Below, piece by piece: positions 58,803 through 64,000 of a stretch of DNA of 64,000 nucleotides. Made by a program: the position numbers and the translations under genes. The number at the start of each line of letters is the position of its first letter. Within the stretch, counting starts at the first letter, position 1. The stretch is from positions 1-64,000 of the forward strand of contig JBHLLG010000003.1 of assembly GCA_048885925.1 (NCBI GenBank), read 5' to 3'. This stretch comes from Candidatus Hermodarchaeota archaeon. GTDB taxonomy: Archaea; Asgardarchaeota; Lokiarchaeia; Sigyniarchaeales; SOKP01. The notes beneath the pieces are model-generated. The model saw only the letters and a list, made by a program, of their open reading frames with translations. It was not told the origin of the DNA and ran no database searches.

Positions 58803-60518
58803 ATGTCAAAACGATATAAAGAAAGGTTCTGGAAAGCAAAGTATGATCCAGGAATAGGTGATTTGGATCCGAAAGAGTTTGAAACTTCTTTTACTGAAAC
58901 TATAAGAAAAACTTTCAATGAGCTTCCTGAAAAATTAGCTCTTGGATTTTACGGAACAGAAATTCCATATGGAGAATTAGACAAGTTATCAAACGAATTT
59001 TCCCATATGTTGATAGAAAATGGATTTAAAAAAGGAGATGTATTAGGAATAGCATTGGTAAATATTCCTGAATACGTGATCGGATTTCTAGGAGCAATGA
59101 AGGCTGGAGTCATCGTTTCAGGAGTTTCCCCACTTCTTTCAGCTGTGCAACTTGAATATCAGTTGAATGATTTAGGAACTGGTGGAAAACAAGTTGCACT
59201 TCTTACTTTAGATGCAGTCTTTGCGGGTCATATTACCAAAATTTATACGAAAATTCCATCATTAAAGCTTGTTATAACAACCTCGGTTGGTGGATTCATG
59301 CCGAAGATGTTAGCAAAACTGGGAAAATTGGCTGGAAAAATACCAAAAGGGAAGGTTACTCCATTAGAAGGTATTACCGTACTTGAATATCATAAGCATA
59401 TTAAAGGAAAATATTCTGATAAATTACCTGATGTTAAAATAGATCCGAAGGATATAGCATTTATTCAATATACTGGTGGTACAACGGGTCCTCCAAAAGG
59501 AGCAATGCTGAGTCATCGAAATTTCGTTGCAGATATAAAAATATTTCAACATTGGCTTAGTTGGGAGTTTGGAACGGGTTTTGGATTATCAGGATTTCCA
59601 TTTTTTCATATAGCAGGATTATTTACATGTTCAAATGTTATAATGCTAGGGTGGAGTCAAGTTTTAATCCCAAATCCAAGAGATACAGGTCATATAATTA
59701 AAGAAATGTTAAAATATAGACCAACAGTTTTAGCAAACGTTCCCACATTGTATCAAATGATAATTAAGGATCCAAAATTCAAAAAAATTGATAAAGATAT
59801 GATAGATTATGCCATTTCTGCAGCAGCTCCTTTCCCAAAAGAATCACAGGAAATTTTTGAAGGAGTCATCGGTAAAGGAAAAATAATTGAGCTCTACGGG
59901 ATGACTGAAACTTCTCCATTAACAGTTGGCAATCCATCAAGAGGAAAGAAAAAATTAGGACATGTTGGTTTACCATTCCCTAATGTAGAGTTCAAATTAG
60001 TAGAACCTGACAGTGGTAAAACAGTAGATTTAGGTGAACCAGGAGAAATCTGTGTGAAAGGTCCGATGGTTATGGTAGGTTATCATAATAAACCAGAAGA
60101 AACGAAAAAAGCAATTGATTCTGATGGATTTATGCATACTGGAGATATTGGAATAATGGATGAAGAAGGGTATGTAAGAATCGCAGATCGAACCAAAGAT
60201 ATGATTATTGTAGGAGGTTATAAAGTATTCTCAACAAAAGTAGAAGATACATTGACTAAACATCCTGCAATTGGAATGGTTGCAATAATCGGGTTACCAA
60301 ATCCTGAAAGACCAGGATCTGAACTTGTCAAAGCTGTCATACAACTTGATCCAGATTATCAATATGATGGAAATGAAGAAGCATTAAAGGAAGATATAAC
60401 CGCGTTTGCTAAAAAAGAATGTGCCCCATATGAAGTACCAAAGATTATAGAAATAGCGGCCGAGTTGCCACTTACAACAGTAGGTAAAGTAGATAAGAAG
60501 CTCTTGAGGGATCGTTAA
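58803..60518 (+). CDS. fadD: Long-chain fatty acid-CoA ligase
   Basis: YTGGTTGPPKG, YGMTE, TGD, GKVDKK. Confidence 0.9.
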   Translation: MSKRYKERFWKAKYDPGIGDLDPKEFETSFTETIRKTFNELPEKLALGFYGTEIPYGELDKLSNEFSHMLIENGFKKGDVLGIALVNIPEYVIGFLGAMKAGVIVSGVSPLLSAVQLEYQLNDLGTGGKQVALLTLDAVFAGHITKIYTKIPSLKLVITTSVGGFMPKMLAKLGKLAGKIPKGKVTPLEGITVLEYHKHIKGKYSDKLPDVKIDPKDIAFIQYTGGTTGPPKGAMLSHRNFVADIKIFQHWLSWEFGTGFGLSGFPFFHIAGLFTCSNVIMLGWSQVLIPNPRDTGHIIKEMLKYRPTVLANVPTLYQMIIKDPKFKKIDKDMIDYAISAAAPFPKESQEIFEGVIGKGKIIELYGMTETSPLTVGNPSRGKKKLGHVGLPFPNVEFKLVEPDSGKTVDLGEPGEICVKGPMVMVGYHNKPEETKKAIDSDGFMHTGDIGIMDEEGYVRIADRTKDMIIVGGYKVFSTKVEDTLTKHPAIGMVAIIGLPNPERPGSELVKAVIQLDPDYQYDGNEEALKEDITAFAKKECAPYEVPKIIEIAAELPLTTVGKVDKKLLRDR

Positions 60519-60632
60519 ATAAATCAGTCCGAAATATTTATAAACTTGAAAAGAGAAAAGGTCAAATAAATTTATTAAAATTTAATCTCTTATTATTTTT
60601 TTTTATTTATATAATAATGTATAGTTTATTCT

Positions 60633-61094
60633 TTAACTTAATTTTACAACTTCAATATTGGAACTTTTTAAAAGATCTACTTTTACGATATTTTCCATGT
60701 CGTATCCTTCCTTGTAAATTAAACGCTTAATTTTAGCATTAATAATTAGTTTTAAACAACTCATACAGGGAAATGTTGTAGTATAAAGGGAAGTATTACC
60801 ATCTATTGCTGTTCCGTGAAGTGCTGCTTGAATAACGCAATTAATTTCTGCATGGACACCTCTACATAATTCTGGTTTGTCACCAGGCTTAAGATGCTTC
60901 CGAACACAAGTATCTAAAGTACAATGAGATATACCCGATGGAGCACCATTGTATCCCGTTGATAAAATATGATTATCTTTAACAAGTACAGCTCCAACAT
61001 TCCTTCTAATGCAAGTTGATCTCATGGAGATCACTTCTGCTATTTTCATAAAGTAATCATCCTTTGAAATTCTTTTTCTCATAGATTTACCCAT
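60633..61094 (-). CDS. dCMP deaminase (ComEB family)
   Basis: RSTCIRR.VGA, TGYNG, HAE, PCMSC. Confidence 0.92.
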   Translation of the reverse strand: MGKSMRKRISKDDYFMKIAEVISMRSTCIRRNVGAVLVKDNHILSTGYNGAPSGISHCTLDTCVRKHLKPGDKPELCRGVHAEINCVIQAALHGTAIDGNTSLYTTTFPCMSCLKLIINAKIKRLIYKEGYDMENIVKVDLLKSSNIEVVKLS

Positions 61095-61135
61095 TTCTAA
61101 TAATCACTCTATATAAGTTAAAAGATTTTAGAATA

Positions 61136-61912
61136 TTAACTTCTTTTTATTTTCTCTTCCACAATAGTGACTACCCTTGGAAATACATCTCCTATTTTTT
61201 CATGAATAATAACTTCAGCCATCAAATCCATATCAGTTTCCTGAATATTTATAATTGCTAATTTCGCTCCAATTGCTAAAGCTTTTTGGGGATAAAACGC
61301 AACGGGATAAACCACAAGGGAAGATCCAAGCACCAATAACAAATCACAAGTGGAGATCATATCATCTGCGGCTTCGAGTGTCTTAGATTCGAGAGGTTCA
61401 CCGAAAAAGATCGCATTCGGTTTCAATAAACCTCTACAACTTTCACAGGAAGGGCTAAAATTTCCCTTCAGTACTTGATTTACCATAGTACTGATTTGAT
61501 ATATTTGCCCACAGGTCATGCATTTAGCTTCATACGCATTTCCATGGAACTCAACGATATTTTTGGTCTTAGCTTTATGATGCAATCTGTCTATATTTTG
61601 AGTAAGAATTCCTTTCAATTTTCCAAGTTTTTGGAGCTTAGTTAGGGCTTTGTGTCCTTTATTTGGCCTTGCTTTAAAAATTTGCAAACCTGTTTCTAAC
61701 ATGAATTCTAAATTCTTTCCTTTATTCGCCACATAAGAATTTATTGAAGCAAATTCATACGGATCTACTTTTTCCCATAATCCAGTACCCGGTGACCGGA
61801 AATCAGCAATTCCGCTTTCAGTAGACATCCCTGCACCTGTTAATGCTACTATGTTTTTTGAATCAAGGATTAAGTTAGCTAATTTTTCAACTTTTTGTTC
61901 TAACAACTTCAT
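61136..61912 (-). CDS. cobB: NAD-dependent protein deacylase (sirtuin)
   Basis: TGAGMSTESGIADFR, TQNID, HG, CxxC/CxxC, FGE, GSSL. Confidence 0.94.
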   Translation of the reverse strand: MKLLEQKVEKLANLILDSKNIVALTGAGMSTESGIADFRSPGTGLWEKVDPYEFASINSYVANKGKNLEFMLETGLQIFKARPNKGHKALTKLQKLGKLKGILTQNIDRLHHKAKTKNIVEFHGNAYEAKCMTCGQIYQISTMVNQVLKGNFSPSCESCRGLLKPNAIFFGEPLESKTLEAADDMISTCDLLLVLGSSLVVYPVAFYPQKALAIGAKLAIINIQETDMDLMAEVIIHEKIGDVFPRVVTIVEEKIKRS

Positions 61913-62003
61913 TTATTTATAATTTTAATTTTATCAGATAAAAAGTAATAATAATTATATTGCCTTATAAAATGTTTTATAGTTTTATGATTTTATTGTA
62001 TTA

Positions 62004-62825
62004 ATGAATATAGAAGAATTTAAACAGATTAAATATAAAAAAGAAGAGAATGGAATTTTAACCGTTACCTTAAACTGGCCTGAAAAGAAAAATGCACTTT
62101 CACCATTAGGACTCCTAGAACTCTACTATGCTGTAGATCATGCTGAAAAAGATGATCAAGTAAAAGTTATGATACTGACTGGATGTGAGGAAGCAGGAGC
62201 TTTTTCTTCAGGAGGTTACTTTTCAAATGAAATGTTAAAGGAAGTACCAGAGAAGTATAGGAATGAAATTAATTTAAGAGATATGGCATCAAAAAGGCTG
62301 TGTCTTAAGTTTTGGGATTTACCAAAACCTGTAATATCAGTAATTAATGGTTTTGCAGTGGGTGGTGGATTTACACTTCCTGTAATTTGTTCAGATTTAA
62401 TTTATATGGCGGAAGATGCATGGTGGGCACTATTTTTTGTAAAAAGAGCGGTAATGCCTGATTTTGCCACTAGCATTCTTTTACCTTTCATGATAGGATT
62501 TCATAAAGCTAAAGAACTGTTTTATTTTGGGGATCGGATGACAGCACAAGACGCGGAGAGATTAGGACTTGTCAATAAGATATTAGCTAAAGATAAATTA
62601 ATGTCTTATGCAAGAAACCAAGCCTTAAGACTTATTCCTCCTAAGGGTCCCTCTCTTTCAATCAAATTAATGAAAAAGACCATTCATACGTATTTTAGGG
62701 AAATTATAGAAACCCAATTAAATTTAGAAAATAAGATGTGGACTAAAGCTATTCAAAGTAAGGATTTTTCAGAATCTTTAAAAGCTTTGAAGGAGAAAAA
62801 AGATCCTTCCTTTATTGGAAAGTAA
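62004..62825 (+). CDS. Enoyl-CoA hydratase/isomerase family protein
   Basis: PEKKNAL, AFSSG, PKPVISVINGFAVGGG, AERLGLVN. Confidence 0.9.
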   Translation: MNIEEFKQIKYKKEENGILTVTLNWPEKKNALSPLGLLELYYAVDHAEKDDQVKVMILTGCEEAGAFSSGGYFSNEMLKEVPEKYRNEINLRDMASKRLCLKFWDLPKPVISVINGFAVGGGFTLPVICSDLIYMAEDAWWALFFVKRAVMPDFATSILLPFMIGFHKAKELFYFGDRMTAQDAERLGLVNKILAKDKLMSYARNQALRLIPPKGPSLSIKLMKKTIHTYFREIIETQLNLENKMWTKAIQSKDFSESLKALKEKKDPSFIGK

Positions 62826-63113
62826 CTTCATACTTATTTAAAGTGCAAAGGAACTATCAGTATTGATTTTTGATTTTGGATTAAGTCTATAAAAATTTTG
62901 ATTTTTTGATCTAAGTTTTTTATTAAGTGAATAATCTCTGATAAATGAAATAAAAAAAATTAATAACGATTATTATTATTTATTGAATATTATATAATAA
63001 TAATTAATAATTCTTAAATAAGTCATCATTCTTAGCTAAGTTTAAACATTAGAAATGATGGATGATTGTTAATATTGGGGAAAATCCTTTAACCAAAATG
63101 GTGGGATGGTAAA

Positions 63114-63668
63114 ATTACGGAGAAAGTTACTAAATCATTTATTTATAAAGTTTGTATAGTAGGAGACGGTGGAGTAGGTAAAACCAGTATGGTTTTGAGA
63201 TATTGTGAGAACACCTTTAAAGAAAATTATATAATGACTATTGGTTCTAATTTTTCGACAAAACAAATAGAATTAGAAGATTATCCAAACTATCTCATTC
63301 GCCTACAATTATGGGATCTTGCTGGACAAAAACATTTCAGCTTTGTTCGCCCACCATTTTATCGTGGTGCTAGTGCGATTGTATATACATTTGACATTAC
63401 GCGAAGAAGTTCATTTCAGAATATTTTAAACTGGAAGAGTGAAGTGGAAAAAGTAATCGGTGATGGTAAACCAAGTATTTTAGTTGGAAATAAATTCGAT
63501 TTAGCAGAAAAGGGGAATAGGGAAGTAGGAGAAGGAGATGGAGAAGCATTGAAGGATGAGATTAATGCTTTAGCTTATTTTGAAACTAGTGCCAAGGATG
63601 ATATTAAAGTTGAGCCTGTATTTAAAACAATCACAATGGCAATTTTAGAACACACCAAAAAAATATAG
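63114..63668 (+). CDS. Rab-like small GTPase (start extended to include the P-loop; probable ATT start)
   Basis: Upstream in-frame YKVCIVGDGGVGKTS; TIG, WDLAGQ, FYRGA, NKFD, ETSAK. Confidence 0.88.
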   Translation: MTEKVTKSFIYKVCIVGDGGVGKTSMVLRYCENTFKENYIMTIGSNFSTKQIELEDYPNYLIRLQLWDLAGQKHFSFVRPPFYRGASAIVYTFDITRRSSFQNILNWKSEVEKVIGDGKPSILVGNKFDLAEKGNREVGEGDGEALKDEINALAYFETSAKDDIKVEPVFKTITMAILEHTKKI

Positions 63669-63749
63669 CTTTTTATTTGTTATAAACAATAAATTAAAAT
63701 TTATTTGTATATTTTAAACTATAAAATCAAATAATAATAGGTAAATCAA

Positions 63750-64000
63750 ATGTTTGGAACAGCAGGTAGGGCTTATGATCGGGCACTTACTGTTTTTAGT
63801 CCCGAAGGTCGCCTTTTTCAAGTAGAATATGCATTGGAAGCAGTAAGGCGTGGAACACTTGCGGTTGCTGTAAAATCTGAGCAGGATGTATGTTTAGCAG
63901 CTCAAATCAAAATACCTTCCATTTTAATGGATTCTGATTCAATTGATAAAATTTTTCAAATAGATGAGCATATTGGAGTAGCAATTTCTGGATTACATGC
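63750..64000 (+). CDS. psmA: Proteasome alpha subunit (truncated by window end)
   Basis: [35 protein letters not shown]...[16 protein letters not shown]. Confidence 0.95.
   Translation, partial: MFGTAGRAYDRALTVFSPEGRLFQVEYALEAVRRGTLAVAVKSEQDVCLAAQIKIPSILMDSDSIDKIFQIDEHIGVAISGLH

Noticed and set aside
1-64000. CRISPR arrays, IS/transposases, integrases, rRNA, in-frame TGA selenoproteins
   Set aside because: None seen by eye: no spaced repeat arrays, no mobile-element ORFs, no tRNA 3'-end duplication, and no conserved domain interrupted by TGA

Overview
AT-rich archaeal chromosome segment, most consistent with Asgard archaea (Lokiarchaeia/Promethearchaeota). Evidence: GGTGA/GGAGGTG Shine-Dalgarno sites, TATA/BRE promoters, oligo-T terminators, a proteasome alpha subunit, PolB1 and PolB2, a tetraether synthase homologue, a Rab-like GTPase and a longin-like protein. 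Most genes are housekeeping or catabolic (pncB, PiT/PhoU phosphate cluster, liv-type ABC transporter, two acyl-CoA ligases, GH4, GH20, sirtuin). Notable signals missing from the ORF track: (1) a ~240-nt multi-hairpin, switch-like leader with an anti-SD loop ahead of a 57-aa CTG-initiated ORF; (2) tRNA-Thr(UGU) with two non-canonical introns; (3) conserved genes whose essential N-terminal motifs lie upstream of any ATG/GTG/TTG (probable ATT/ATA starts); (4) a ~2990-aa almost entirely transmembrane protein with an exact 134-aa repeat; (5) a split PolB2/inactive-RadA cassette sharing an AGTTTCAT promoter motif; (6) a CTATATAG palindrome clustered at phosphate genes; (7) several unannotated small Cys-rich or coiled-coil proteins. 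All calls come from motif recognition by eye; no database searches were run.
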